Shown here in pieces: positions 1 to 14,085 of a stretch of 64,000 bases of DNA. A program made the translations under genes and the position numbers. The notes under the pieces are model-generated. The model was not told where the DNA came from and searched no databases. It saw only the letters and a program-made list of their open reading frames with translations. The first letter of the stretch is position 1; each line of letters begins with the position of its first letter. Origin of the DNA: Rhizophagus irregularis (taxonomy: Eukaryota); contig NC_089435.1 of the NCBI RefSeq assembly GCF_026210795.1, positions 4,898,001-4,962,000 on the forward strand, in the 5' to 3' direction.

Positions 1-460
1 TGAACTTAAAGGAAGGCCTGCAAATTGATTACCCTTTAAAATATTGTATTTCTTCAAGATTTTTGATAATCTTTGATTTAATATTGCTACCATGAGTTTT
101 CGTACTGTTTCAAGCAAAGTTATTGGTCTGGTATTAACTAAATCACATCCCCACGGTTTCGGCTTTGGTATGGGATATACATTAGCTAATCTCCAATCTT
201 TAGGTATTTGTCCATGTTTAAAGATTCCTGATATCATTTCTTTAATTAAATTCAAATATTCTGGTGATGCATGTTTAATCATTTCATAAGTAATGGTTGA
301 TGGACCAGATGCTTTATTATTTGGTAAATTATGTATAAAAAATTGCCATTCTTCATCAGTGATCGGTTCTAATATATTTTTATATATTTCTGGATTTATT
401 TCATCTATAGGTTGATATTGATATTTCCAATTTTCTGGAATTTCTTTTTCTCTGTTAAAC
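1..460 (-). mobile_element. Non-LTR (LINE) retrotransposon reverse-transcriptase fragment, 5'-truncated, running off the left edge
   Basis: Manual minus-strand translation is open: ...EPITDEEWQFFIHNLPNNKASGPSTITYEMIKH...IPKDWRLANVYPIPKPKPWGCDLVNTRPITLLETVRKLMVAILNQRL...NQFAGLP. These match the LINE RT N-terminal motifs (KAxGP, W+xAxVxxIPK, RPIxLL, QxG). Confidence 0.85.
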
Positions 461-1175
461 GTTAGCTTCGCTATACTAACATATATATAAAATTATGTGA
501 GACTTTTTTATCCAAATTTGGACTTATGGTTAGATCAAATGCAACATCTAATCCATAAAAATGCACTAACTAATCCATAAAACCGCACAATTTTTCATAA
601 TTTTTCATTTTAAGATATGATTGTCAATGATCTAATGCATTCCAGGATATGATCATCATTTTGGCACATCGAATTATTTGATATGAGGGTTAACAATTTA
701 TTAAAATAAAATCATCAGCAATTTGCACTTGTATAGATCATTATATAGTAATTAATAGTAAATTTATATATGACTTCAGTTCAAATTATGATCCATTAGT
801 TTGTGTAACTTAAGTTGGCTCTGTATATTTATCTATCCCTAGGTAATCCTGCCTGAGTTTACTATTTTTAGTCACGTGTTTTGTTACCTCAAAATTAAGC
901 CGTACCAGGTTGTTTATTTTTCTTTTTTTTTGTACGACAAAGACGTAAAAAAAAATTTTCAAAGTTCAACTCAAACTTATATAAATACTTTTGCTTTTTT
1001 TTACTTATTACAAGTTTGAAAAGTAATACTATGTTTTGTATTTTAAATGTTTTAATAATAACTATAATTCTTTTTTACTAATAAAATCTTTTTTTTATTT
1101 ATATATTATTTTAAAGACAATACAATTCTTTTTTTTTTGAAAAGCAGAGTTTTATAGTTTTTTAATTTTAAAAAG

Positions 1176-2341
1176 ATGTCAAATAAAATTGAAAAACATC
1201 TTTTATTAAATAAAACTCAAAAGCAAAAATTAACCTTACTATTAGAAAACAATTGATTAGTTGAAATGTATTGAAAAAAAAGCAACAAAATGAGGCTAAG
1301 GCATCTTTAAAGCAATATAATCTCTTACCAGATCAAATTAAGAGTGGTCTAACAAAATGGAAAATACATCAAAAAAGGAATGATTTAAAAACAATGAATA
1401 AAATATTATACCAATGTACTACAGGAAGTTTTATAAAAATACCAAAGGTACTGGGAAAAATCAACACTACTAATAAAGCAACTGGTTTTTATATAAGAGC
1501 AATGGGTTACTTGGAACATTCAGAATCTTGTAAAAGAGCAATAAGGGTATTACCACCTGTACTTAATTTACATCCTTGTGTTAAAGAAATGGCTTTAAAT
1601 TTATTAAAATTAATGCTCAAATTTATTGAACAGAAATGTAATAGTAAAGTGATTATTGGAAATCATAGGCTTTTATTAAAAGCATCTGATCTATCAAATA
1701 TTATGAGAAATTTTAGAAAAACTCATCTTAATATAAATACAAGAGTAACAAGTAGAATATAATTTAGATCAAATATTTGGTAATGATGGAAATTTGGTAT
1801 TAAAAGAAGCATACTTTCATTATCAACCTGAAACAATTAATAATAGATTAGAGATAGGTATTTCAACAAAAGCTCAAAGAAATCTTGCTTGGTCATTTGG
1901 TCATAAAAATATTTTATTACTAGGAAACAGGAACCGTTAGAGCGTCTGAAGTATTCAGTATAATTAATAATTGTACATTTAATACTAAAAAAAATTGTCA
2001 GCGTTCTGTGCATGTCCAAATTCTTGTGTAATATTTGTCTAAGATATCTCACTAAATACTTTCGTTCTAAGTCACAATATAATCAGTTTTCACCCTTAAC
2101 ATAATATTTTCAATATTATTTCTTCTATCAAAATAAGTAAAAGTTTAGCCCGCTTAAAGTTTTCTTATTTATTAAAATTTTATTGATATCACGAGATCTG
2201 TAACACATGGCTAAATTTGTATATATGTAACACAAAATTTCATTTGTCGATCAGGCTATAGTACAGAACGACATTGCATTTGAAATGTGTAGAAGTAGTA
2301 TGTCCTCATACTTCGGACAATTAGATGGAACATTTGGAGTA
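1176..2341 (+). pseudogene. Degraded Mutator (MULE)-like DDE transposase, frameshifted and interrupted
   Basis: ATG at 1176 and ORF 1271-1762, then in another frame ...AYFHYQPETINNRLEIGISTKAQRNLAWSFGHKNILLL (ends ~1923), resuming as DGTFGV at ~2324 after a ~400-bp insert. DGTF resembles the first catalytic Asp motif of MULE transposases. Confidence 0.55.
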
Positions 2342-2351
2342 GTGCTTCGAT

Positions 2352-2540
2352 CTGGATTATACATGCCACCCAAATTATTTTGGACTGCCGTAATTATAAG
2401 TAAAATCCCAAATTCAATTATGGCATCCCAAATTATTTTGGCATTTTACATAGTAAATTATATATAAACCGAATGAATTATAGCATCTCAAATTATAATT
2501 ATGACATCCCAAAATAATTTGGGCAGCATGTATAATCTGG
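2352..2540. repeat. Degenerate inverted repeat (~48-bp arms), probable old MITE
   Basis: ctggattatacatgccacccaaattattttggactgccgtaattataa (2352-2399) versus the reverse complement of 2493-2540, ccagattatacatgctgcccaaattattttgggatgtcataattataa. No TSD found. Confidence 0.55.
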
Positions 2541-3021
2541 GTGAAAACCGTCATCTGGATTACACAAAAAAAGGATCTGGATTTTATCTGGATCAATCCG
2601 GATTCTTATCCAGGTCAAATAATCTAGATTCCGGATTGGATTTACAACTGATCGGCAATAATCCTGGCCAGAATTACAAATTTGTGTAACATTAAAATTT
2701 TTGTGCCACTATGCTTAGCCAATAAAAAAAGTTTTACACAGTGGCTAAACTATTTTCCCCGGTATCACATGATATTAATTTCAGCCAGAATTACAAATTT
2801 GGCCAAAATTATCTAAGACCACGAAATTTTCATAATCCAATTTTATTCAATACTTTTTTTAAACCAATTATGGTACGATCACTGTAGTAAAATCATTTTT
2901 ATAAAGTATCAATTCGTTAGTAGCGACTCTTTACTACTAGTAGTTAGATTTGGAGTGGGATTCGGATTATTATAGCCATTTTTCTAAATTCGAAAATACA
3001 TTTTATTAACCAGGTAAGTAA

Positions 3022-3204
3022 CTATTTCCAAGTATTTATACAGTATATATTATTTATTTCGGATTTATAATTTAATGATTTTTGCAAGTTTTCTATTGCT
3101 TTACCATAGTTACTTTGCCAATAAGATATTTCTCTACAAATTAAATAGTTATAGAATATAGAACCACTTTCTTGATTCATTTTCATGAAAAAATTTTTTT
3201 CCAT
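3022..3204 (-). pseudogene. Possible TPR-like gene relic, duplicated at ~20200-20375
   Basis: YGKAIENLQKSLNY resembles a TPR helix B. The paralogous copy carries indels. Confidence 0.25.
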
Positions 3205-3490
3205 ATTCTGTATTAGATTTGGTATTATTTGTTAGTTTGAGTTGACACAAACTTGTTAAACTATAACGTTAAAATTAGGAATCATTAATTTGGCCTAAGT
3301 TATATAAAATTTTCCAATAAAAAAAAAATCTTTTTTATATAAATAATTTAAAAAAGAATTGAGTGAATGTATGGTAGGAACGAGATAAAGCATGAGTACT
3401 GTGTTGTTCAGTTACTACATAATAATCGAATACCTTATATATATAGAACTTTTTTTCATTTTTATCATAAGTTAATAATTGATTATTATT

Positions 3491-5679
3491 TTAATCTTGT
3501 TTTGTATTGTTTCTTGTGATGTTAAGATTATCCTCTCTAACAGCTTGAAGAAGTTCATTTTTTAAATTTTGGCCAATTTCATTTTTAACAGCTTGAAGGA
3601 ATTCATTTTTCAAATTTTGGCCAATTTCATTTTTAACAGCTTGAAGAATTTCATCTTTAAAAATTTGTGATGATGCCCTATTATTATTATAACTATTAGT
3701 ATTAACTACTGCAGGAGCTGGAATTGTTGGTTCGTGATCATTATTATTTTCATTTTGGAGCGTTTGCATAATTTCTTGCCCATGATGATCATTGGCTGGA
3801 ATTATTATTGGTTCATGGTTGGTTGTATTTTCATTTTCGGGTGTTAGAATAATTTCTTGCTTACGATAGTTATTCTTATTAATTATTGGAGGTGGAATTA
3901 TTATTGGTTCATAATTGGACGTACTTTCATTTCTAGGTATTTGATCAATTTGAATAGTTTCTTGCTAATTATTATTGATATCTTGTTCATAATTATGAAT
4001 ATCTCTTACGATAGGAAGCTCCTTTTCTTCTTGACTGTAATCATTATTTTTATCATTTTTATGAATAGTTTTTAGTTTATTTTTATTCCATTTATATATC
4101 AAGAAACTTCCAACTGTTAATAAAATACCACTCAATAAAGATCCCACAACTATACCAGCTATATTACCTGAATTATTTGGTGGTGATGAAGAAGATAGTG
4201 AAGGCGAAGGTGGTGGCGAAGGTAGTGGTAATGGTGGTAGTGTTGATGGTGGTGGTGATGGCATTTTTGGATCAAATATTGTTGTCCATATATATTCTTC
4301 ATTATTACTAATATCAAGCAATAATATATCACCGACTTTCAACTGTTTTATCATAACTATATCCTATCAATAAATCAAAATTTGTTAAAAATAATTATCA
4401 ATCAAATTAAATAGAAGAGTATCATAAAATATTATATTTACCAAATGATATGACCATATATTTTCCAATTACATTTGCTTTATGAAAAACCCTAGGCTTC
4501 AGGATTTTTCCAGAAATTTTTGGAATGTACCAATTATAATTAGCTAAATCTAATACGTAAAGTGTGGTATCTAAATATCCAGGATTTATAAAAAATCCTC
4601 CATAAATTATAATGGAAATTTACTATTACTGACTAATATTAATCTTTTAATAATAATCATAGTGTTCTCATTTGATTACATACCAAGAATAGCAGAAAAA
4701 CCAGCTCTATTAGAAGGAATTTTTCCTGATGTTGCCTAAATTCAATAATTGAAATTAATTCACAACTGAATATAAAAAATTTCATCATAATAATTTGCAT
4801 TACTTACTTTTGTATCCCAATTGTCATTAATTATATCATACTATATATAAATCTACAAATAATTTATCATAATTAATTAGATTTATTTTTTTTAAAAAAA
4901 ATTTATATATTTACAAAATATACCTCACTTAATATTAAACCAGTTCCTTTATCAATATTCAAAGTATTAGCATTATAAGTAATAGCATAATCCTAAACAA
5001 TAAGTGTTCATTAATAAAATAACAAGTATATTTAAATAAATATAATATGTCGCTTACCTATGTAAATAATCTTATTGTTAGGTAATAAATGGTACCATAA
5101 TTAATTCTTGGATTTGGAGCGTTAATTATACTACCTTTACTCCAATTAAGATTTATTGTATCTAAAATAAGCATTTCATTTACATAATCAGTATTTGTTT
5201 CCCCACTCCATAAATACATCCTTCCGTCTTTATTAATAATGCTTGTTAAATCCCATTTTCTAAATGTAACTCCAGCTATTTTTGGAATACTCCATATAAT
5301 ACTTCGTGAATCAAATGTATAAACCAATGCCATCGTTTGATCAACTGTAAATCCTCCGAATAAAAATAGAGTATCATTATTTGGACCACCTTTAACTGCC
5401 GTTGCAGAAGAATGAGGTGGAACCATATTAATATTTGATATCTTGCCATGATAATTCTTAATTATTAAATGGTGCAGAAACATCAAGATAAAAAAATTCT
5501 TTTATTTGGTTATTATTTAAATCATATCCACCCAAAATATATAATTTATTATCAATGAGTGTAGCAGTATGGCGATGATATACAGTTGGCTTAAAAGGCG
5601 TCATTTGACAATTTACTTTAACTACTAATGCTTGAAGTAGTATCCATAATATGAAATAAACTGAAGGATTTCTTAACAT
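3491..5679 (-). pseudogene. Kelch-repeat type I membrane protein, copy 1 (pseudogene)
   Basis: Colinear with intact copies 2 and 4. It has a TAA at 5458, a 2-bp deletion at ~5440, a deletion removing the exon-5 acceptor (~4612) and an in-frame TAG at 3965. Confidence 0.9.
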
Positions 5680-7879
5680 AACTGTAATTTATTTAATAGG
5701 AAATAAATATTTGAGAAAAAAAATATTTATTTACTTTTTTTAAAAAAAAAATTTTTACCGTATTTAATTAAATTTTTAGTGTTACACTTAGCATTAAAAA
5801 CATGATGGTTGCATACTTTACAGAAACATGTCAAACCAAGACGAAGTCGTGACTAAACCATGGCCAACTTGTAAACAATCAGGAAAAGAGTTAATCACAT
5901 GTTAGTCATGAGTTAGTCATGAGTTAGTTACGGCTTCGTCATAGGTTTAGTACTTTAGTTACTGGATATTAAGGCGATATTCACAGATCGTCAATAAATC
6001 GCAATATCATCGATAGCAACTTATATAATATATCGTAGCGTCATCATAACTAATTATGTAAATAAAATTCAATAAATTGTTGATTGGCATAACAAATTAT
6101 GTAATAAAACTTTAATAAATCATTAATAAATTACAGTGTCTTCTTAAAAACGTTATAACTACATTGTAGGCATATATAGAATAAATCTTAATTACACTAT
6201 AACAGCTTTTATAATAAATCTTAATCACATTGTGGCCACGTATATGATAAATCATATCGAAACATTATTCATGTATAAACTGAGTATAGATAACTCAAAT
6301 TACTTGTAATAATTAATTGTAAATGTAAAATCAAAATAAACCATATAAAATACATATTTAAGCATCTTTAAAGAAATAAAGATTTCTTTCGTTTTCTAGA
6401 TTGTAACCATCAATGCATTCATTCTCATTACAATAGTGAATAAAATGCATAGTACTTGTACGAATCATGCTCATAGGAAAGACACGTTGTTATCTATTCA
6501 CAGACTGGAGCTTGAACACAGGGCATTCCAGCACAGTTTGATTGGTAATTTCGAATCCATTAACGGAAACAAAGGCAAACTGTTGGTTGTTGTATGGATG
6601 ACTAAAAATTGACCGTATAGTTTTAAAAGCTTCTATCATTAGTGACTACAGTAAACAACTTTGATTCTTTAATAGAAAAAATTAAAATTTCAAAGTTAGT
6701 TTTGAAACTTACCGCCAATCTAATAAAGTCCAAAGGGAAACCTACAAAAAAAATAAAGAAATAGTTGTTCCATAATCCAAAAATCGGGTAAGATACCTAA
6801 AAAAAGTTAGAAACGTTAAATAACATTTTTTAAAGTTTTTGAAACAAATTCATAAACTTACCAACCGGGTCTCTAAAAAAAAGAAAATTAAACATTAGCA
6901 AATGTTTTATTGAAGAAATAATATAAATCGCACGTCCAACTGTCTAAAAAAATGAAAGAATTCATTAAAAAAATAGTGTTAAAAAAAAACCTACCGAAAT
7001 CCACATCCGTCCAAAGCTGTCTAAGCTACAAAATGCAAAACACGAAATGTTAGTTGATGTTTTGTTACATAAAAATCAAAAATAAATTTTGATATTACCT
7101 TCGATATATGAAAAAAATAACAAAATGTTAGCAAAACGTTTCATTAAGATAAGTTTGAAAAACTTCACTAAAGTTCACACGCGTCCATGAGCTGAAGAAC
7201 AAACCACCTAAAAAAAGAAAAAAAGATTTAGTAGCTGTTTTTAAAAGATAGAGCGTAATTTTTCTTTTTTTGCATGAATGAAATAAAAAAAAAATATTGT
7301 AATTTAGAATAATGCAACAAAATAATAAAGAAAATAAAAAAATTACAAAACTTACCAGAATACCACATCCAAAGAACTGAGAAGTCGTCTAAAAAAGAGA
7401 GAAGAGGAAAAATATTGGGAAAGGGGAAGACGAAAGTGTGAAAATGGAAGTGTGGGAAACAGGAAAAGAGTAGAGTTAAAAAAAGTTTAATTAATCGTTC
7501 AGACGTTCAATTATTATTAATATAATATCACGTGATTTACTTGATGAATTGAATTTTACTGAAAAGTTATATGACGTCATCTGCTTAGTAATTCTTTCAT
7601 TCGATATATGATAGGATTATATGTATTATAGCGATTTCTTACAATGGTTAAGAGGAGCATAACGATTTTGAAACATTTGTAATTTTGTTCTAATTTGTGC
7701 TTATTTTTATAATTTTTATAGGAATAATTTTCGTATTATATTAGTTAGGTGTGGAAAATAAAAATTTATTTAAAATAAATTAGGAATTTAGGAAATAAAC
7801 TTTATGATCTTGTACTTTTATATTTAAAAAAATTACAATTAATACATATATACTGTATACATATATAATTTTCTTTTGA

Positions 7880-8080
7880 CTTAAATACTTAAATACGCGT
7901 CTAATTTAATACATAAAATAGTTTAAATTAATAGCTTTTTAAAAATTAAATAGCTAAATTTAATACTTGAATTAAATTAAATAGCTTAAATTAAATACGC
8001 GTTTAATTAAACAAAATAGCTTAAATTTAAATTTAAATACACATCTAACTTGATACTTAAATTAAATTAAATTAATTAAT
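7880..8080. repeat. Degenerate AT-rich tandem repeat (aaatagcttaaattt / aaatacgcgt units)
   Basis: Recurring aatagct and aaatacgcgt motifs. Confidence 0.5.
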
Positions 8081-8179
8081 TGTAAAATTTTATTAATTTT
8101 TATCGCTTACAATTTATTATTATAATTTTATTGCTTATGATTTTGCTGGTACTAAAATTTACTATTAATTTATCATATA

Positions 8180-9086
8180 CAGATGGTGGCCTAAATGATC
8201 CGGCCACTTTTTAATGCAAAAAGATTTACATACATATTATATATTAAAAATAAAATTTTAAGTTAAATATAATCATTACGTTTTTATTTATTAATTTAAA
8301 TAAAAAATTTAATAATAAATTCTATCTCTATTTGCAATAATGGCATCAATACTGAGATAGTATGCTATTAATGGATTTTTAATAATATTCTAGAAAATTT
8401 TTTTTTCCATGTGATTTCAATATTCTTCCTAAGTACTCTTAACATAAAATTTAATAAGTTATAGTAAGTATAATATTGTATAAGTCTTACATAACAATAT
8501 TTTTTATAATTATAGGTTCTATGCAAATATAATTATTATGCAAGTTTTTGAAGCTTTGTAAGTTCATATAATTTAAATTTAAAAATGATCTAGTGATTGG
8601 ATTTTCATGATTTTAGATTTATTATATTTGTCTCATTAAGAGGATTATAATAATTATAATGATTTTGCAGTTGTAGAATTCAATCTTTGGCATGTAATTA
8701 CACTTTAAAAGTCTAAACATTAAATTTAAACATTTTCTACAATATCTTTTGTTTTTGATAATTGGATTTTCATAATTTTTGGCTCATTAGATTCGCTCGT
8801 TGAGACGATTCAGATGGTGGTAAATTCATGATTATCTGATCGATATTGACTGAATTACAATATTTTTAATCTTATAAATTTTTGTTGTGTAATTGTAAAA
8901 ATTCATGCAGTAAATGGTTCCATATTTTCAAAAAAATTCTGAAATGATATGAAAGAATTGAAGTATGGAAATTTATTTTTTGTCATTATTAATACAAAAT
9001 TATAAGTATTTTATATCATATCAACATGTAATGATCTGTGTAATTTTGGCAAAATAAACTGGCCGGATCATTTAGGCCACCATCTG
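8180..9086. mobile_element. Tc1/mariner-type non-autonomous element (907 bp), nested
   Basis: TA[cagatggtggcctaaatgatccggcca...tggccggatcatttaggccaccatctg]TA: perfect 27-bp TIRs and TA TSD. Confidence 0.9.
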
Positions 9087-10214
9087 TACTTTATTAATTT
9101 TTATTATAAAAAAAAATAATTAAAAGGGTATTTGTACATCACATGTGTTATGACGAGTGGATTTAGCCTTTTAGTAAGTTTCAAACTAAAACTCTTTTAA
9201 AGGTTTTGATCAAAGTCGAAACTTTTTAACTATTTTTTTATAATTTTCTTTTAAAAGTTTCGATCAAACTATCAAACCTTCTTTTTTTTAATTTTTTTTT
9301 TTTGAAAGTTTTGAGCTTTTGAAATTTTTTAATTTTTCTTAATCGAACTATCTAATTTTTTTTTCTTTTTAAGCTTTTGAGAAACTTTTTTTTTGAGAAG
9401 TTTAAACTTTTGAGTAATTTTTTTTTTAAAAAAAAGTTTCTATCGAACTATCAGTGCTTTTTTTAATTATTATTTTTTTTCTATCAAACTGTCAAACTTC
9501 TTTTTTAAAAGTTTAATCAAGCTGTTTCATTTTTGACTTTTTTGAAAAATTTCGAGTTTTTAACTTTTTTTAGTTTCAAAATTTCAAAAAATTTTTTTGA
9601 CACAAGATTTCGGTATGTGCAATTTTTTTTTATTTTATCCTTCTTTAAACAAACATTATTATTAACATTTTACATTTTTTTAGGCGGCTCTTTAGGTTTC
9701 CTTGGACGTGAAATTTTGGTAAGCGCAAATTTTCTACTCTGTCTTCTAGTGAACATTTACTGACAGTTTGTTCTCTTTCTTTTTATTAGATAGTTGGTTC
9801 TTTGGCTCTTTGTACATGAATTTCGGTAAGTTTTTCTTTGTTTTTCTTTAAAATACTTTTAACAAAACGATTATTAATATTTCATTTTTTTTTAGGTGGG
9901 TCTATAATTTCTATGAGAGGGTTGATTTAAGCTAAGTCAAACTGTTAATTGGATTAAAGACGAGCGCCCTGTATACAGTACCTTTGTACTATTATTCAAG
10001 ATCAAATCTATTTTTTGATTAATTTATTTCTCTTAACAAAATTTTTCCTAATGTTTCATTTATCCTTTTTTTGGATGGTTGTTCTTCGGATTTCTTTAGA
10101 TGCATGAGAATTTGGCGAGTGGGTTTTTCTTTAAGTCAACTTATTATTTTAACCCTTTAAAAAACGGCTTTTAACACTTTTTTTTTGTAGGAAGAATTGC
10201 TCCAGGTGAGTACG

Positions 10215-10453
10215 AACTACCCCAACGGCACCCAGAAAAATTCTTCGAACTCGGCCGGCGTTATGCACTGACACGTGATCGAAGAATTTAGGATGTGATG
10301 AATAAAACGTGACAAATAGAATTTCATCTACTTGAAAAAATCTAAGTCCCTCGGATAAATATAAACAGTGAAACTCGGACAGGGTGTGACGATGTGATAA
10401 ATAAAAACAGATCACGTGATCGAAGAATTTTTCTGGGTGCCGTTGGGTTATAT
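10215..10453. mobile_element. MITE (239 bp) with 10-bp TSD, Mutator-like; same family as 39804-39971
   Basis: TIR core cccaacggcacccagaaaaattcttcga / tcgaagaatttttctgggtgccgttggg. Direct repeat ggtgagtacg at 10205-10214 and 10454-10463. Confidence 0.85.
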
Positions 10454-13400
10454 GGTGAGTACGGATCAATCAGGTGATACTATTGACCAAATCAGGTTCC
10501 CACCTTATTATAGTTGTGTCACCAGGGGCGCTATGTCAACGGAAATTTTTAGTACGTTGATCGCTTAAAAATCCGCGGCTATCCAATTATAATAAGAACA
10601 ACATTGGAACATTAGATAATGTATTTGCAATGTACTGTATTTTATAAATAAATTTATATTATATTTTACGGTTAAATTTTACAATTGTACATGTTAATAA
10701 ATTAATATTAGTTACAATTAATGTATTGTATGTATTTTATGATATCCTACAAGACCAAATACATTTAGAAAATTTAAAGTATTTTAACACTTCGAAAAAA
10801 AAAAATAAAATAAAATAAAATAAATAAAAAATTATAAATACAAAACAAAAAAAAAAAATATTTTTAACATCTTTGACTCATCGTTGTATACTCGCAGATA
10901 CGTCACACAAATGTCTTGATTAATATATTCTGACTGATGTTCGATGTTATTTGCTATCTTTTAAAGATTATTATTCGAGCTCGCCACTATTTCAAGACTA
11001 GTTTTTGTCAAAACTTTATCGGAATGTTATCGAAAACTTAGCAAAATATGTCATCGAAAGATAGATACGAATTCGAAAATATTGGGTGACGAACTCATGA
11101 CTGCTAAGTCGCAAAACACCAGGTTTCTGTAAAGTAGAACGGATTATAATATTCAAGTATTTATTTTTCACAATAATAATTAATGCACACCCACATACCC
11201 TATGCAAATTTATTAGCACAATTTCCACATGTATTGCATAAAATCATAAGATAATAATAGCAAATTCAATAATGTTAAAACGTTACCCAAATAATTAAAT
11301 TAATTTTTTGGCTTGAAAATACGCTGTGTAAAAAAAGATGATCCAATAAGAAATAAATTGTTACGAATTCTTTCGATGTTTGTGATCAACAAGAATGATC
11401 TTAATTCCTCAAACCTAAATAAATATGCAGTGTATTATCGTGTTAAATTGCATTTGAAAAATTCAAAAGTATGACAAATGCGTTAAGAATTTATCTTTCA
11501 CGAAAAAAAATTTCTTGAAACTATGAATTATCCTTTCCGATGAAAGTCTTGCTATTACATAAGCTTCATGATGAATATTTTGAATTTATAAATAAAAAAC
11601 AAATACTAGTATAACAATTGAATTAACTTTCACTTTTTGCATAAAATTGGTAAAATATATAATGTGGACCGCGAGGACGATTATCGAAGTTGCATAAAAA
11701 ACAAGATCCTTAACAATAACAAGAGAATGGTTAAAATAATAGTTTCTATTTTAAATTTCTATATTAAGTAATATTATAATGAATTGGCTTCTGCATGTAT
11801 TTATAATTTATATCACAGGACCAAATAATTGGATCAACGTAATGGCCATTTTACGCTAATTGTGACTGATATACACATCCAATAAAAGTGATGCATTAAT
11901 TATAACATCATATGCTATTTTAATCGACTTTATAGCTTTATTTAAATTTTTCCTATAAAAATTTTCATTTACACTATTTTCGTTTACTCCACCTTGTTAC
12001 ATAAACTTACTAGGTATAATCATTATTGTTATGCTTAATAGAAATATCGGTCTGGGCTAGTATTGGACTCATTATTTATCGTAGAGTAAAAATAGTCTCT
12101 AATTTTCTTGTCTAAAAATTTTTTTCTAGTTAGTGATCATCTAACTAGCTAATGATTTTTTACTGTAAGTGATCGTACTATGATGAAATTTTATTTTATG
12201 TAAAAAAAAATGTTTATTACGTTTCGTTCAATCATTCAAATCACGCCACTTACATGGTTCATTTTCATAAAAAAAAAGTCGAAAAATTTTTTTTTTCTAA
12301 AATAAGCTTCCTAATCCACATTGCTCCTTAAGTACTATGAAAAAAAAAGATAAAAAAAAATTTTCATATTTTTATTAAACATTTATTTTAGTATTCTAGT
12401 TATTTGGTAGTTTGGTACAAATAGTGATGAAGGATAAATTATTTGAATAATTTCAAACGGCTGCAATGAATATTCCGAATATATGTAACATGACATTCCA
12501 CATAATGGGGTGGGGTAGCGCTAGATATTAATTCGCAGTAATACTTATGTATTTTTAAATATGAAGGCGTATAAAGAATGAATTTCATCTTTGTTGACTT
12601 CGCGATTCTTTAGTTATTAATACAATGCTTTGAATTATTAACCACCTCCAAAATGCTTGTAGAACATGGAAGGTAATTAATTACCTTGTAAATTTTCAAA
12701 ATAGAATTTTTACCTTCTAGCAAAAAAAAAATCCTATTATTATCAATTTAAAAATTAAAATTGTCATATGAAGTAACTGCAAAATAAATAACCACGCTGA
12801 TAGATGAAAATATTACCAAAGATATTAATATTTATATTATTTTAATTGAGCCTCTTATAAATATACTGTTATAGTTAATATTGGTAACCCCAATTAATAA
12901 TTTATCGTATTTTAAAATTTGTAAGATTAAAACCTGTTATCGTTCGGAGAGAAGCGTAGGTCTATAGAATTATTTCCTTCCTTCCGCCTATGCACTTTCT
13001 TTTTATGTTTGCTAAATATATCGTTGTGGTTATCAAAATTGATACCTCGAATTTAGTTCCTGACTTTTAAATTAATGACCTGTGATCCGCATGACCTGAC
13101 CCGATATTTTTAATTCTGGCCAAATTATAATATCGGCCGAAATTAAGCTAATAGTTAGAATTATGTTGTTAACGCCTAAATCTTTGACTTCTATTATATT
13201 AAACTAGTCAGTAGTTTCAGAACTTATAATAATAAATTTTATTTTGTATTACATGTCTTGCATGACCACGCACTCATCATTAGTGGCAAATTACTAAGCC
13301 ACTTTTTCTTTAACCGATAAATGAAACTCATGTAGTACTTATATGGAGAATATTTTCAATAGGATCGAGTCAAGGTTCGGTTACGAAAATATGAGACTCG

Positions 13401-14085
13401 AATAAATTACGGGTCTTACCATTTTTCATTCAGATCGGGCCGAATATATTCTCAAAACCCAACCCGATTTGACCCGGCAGGAGAACTATAAATATAATAA
13501 AATATCTTTTTTTCCGGTTACCACGAGTTCAGGTAAATTAATCTCTGATAATAACGTGCATACTGCCTTAAATTAAATGTGCTCAACAAAAGAAAATTAA
13601 TTTAATAATACATTATAAATGATAATTTTAGATTGAGGAAGTCACAAGGCAACGTCAAATGACTACCCAATTGTAAAATATTATTTTTTTATTACTAAAC
13701 TAAAAAAAAAAAAATATCTGTCAAAATAAATTTTATTCGATAAATAAATATATTGGTCAAATTCTGCATGCAAACTTTAATTTAAACCAAGGGAAACCTA
13801 TTGTCTTGTTACGCCCTAAATTTTTTAAAATTTTTCGAAAATTCTTTTTAATCAATGAACCAAATATAAAGTTCCTATTTAAGCAATTCTTTTATTCCCA
13901 CATTAAAGAACAATGGTTTTTTGAATAATATTCAAACATTTCGACAACAATATAAAAAAAAGGGTTATACAAATTCCCTTATATATTTCATTTACTTTCA
14001 AAATTACATTATCAAGAAAAGCTTAATAAATGTTTTTTACATAAAATTAAATAAATAAATAAACAATAACCAAATAATAAATAAA

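Larger units (their letters stand above)
5816..11134. mobile_element. 5.3-kb non-autonomous TIR element with TA duplication, containing nested MITEs
   Basis: gcaTA[ctttacagaaac...gtttctgtaaag]TAgaacgg: perfect 12-bp TIRs. The empty site gcatagaa occurs in the paralogs at ~23106, ~39227 and ~44948. Confidence 0.9.

Noticed and set aside
92..289. Plus-strand 65-aa ORF
   Set aside because: Antisense shadow of the LINE reverse-transcriptase frame.
13054..13488. hAT-like ends (tagttcctg / caggagaacta) with acccga subrepeats
   Set aside because: The TIR is short and imperfect and the flanks do not form a TSD.
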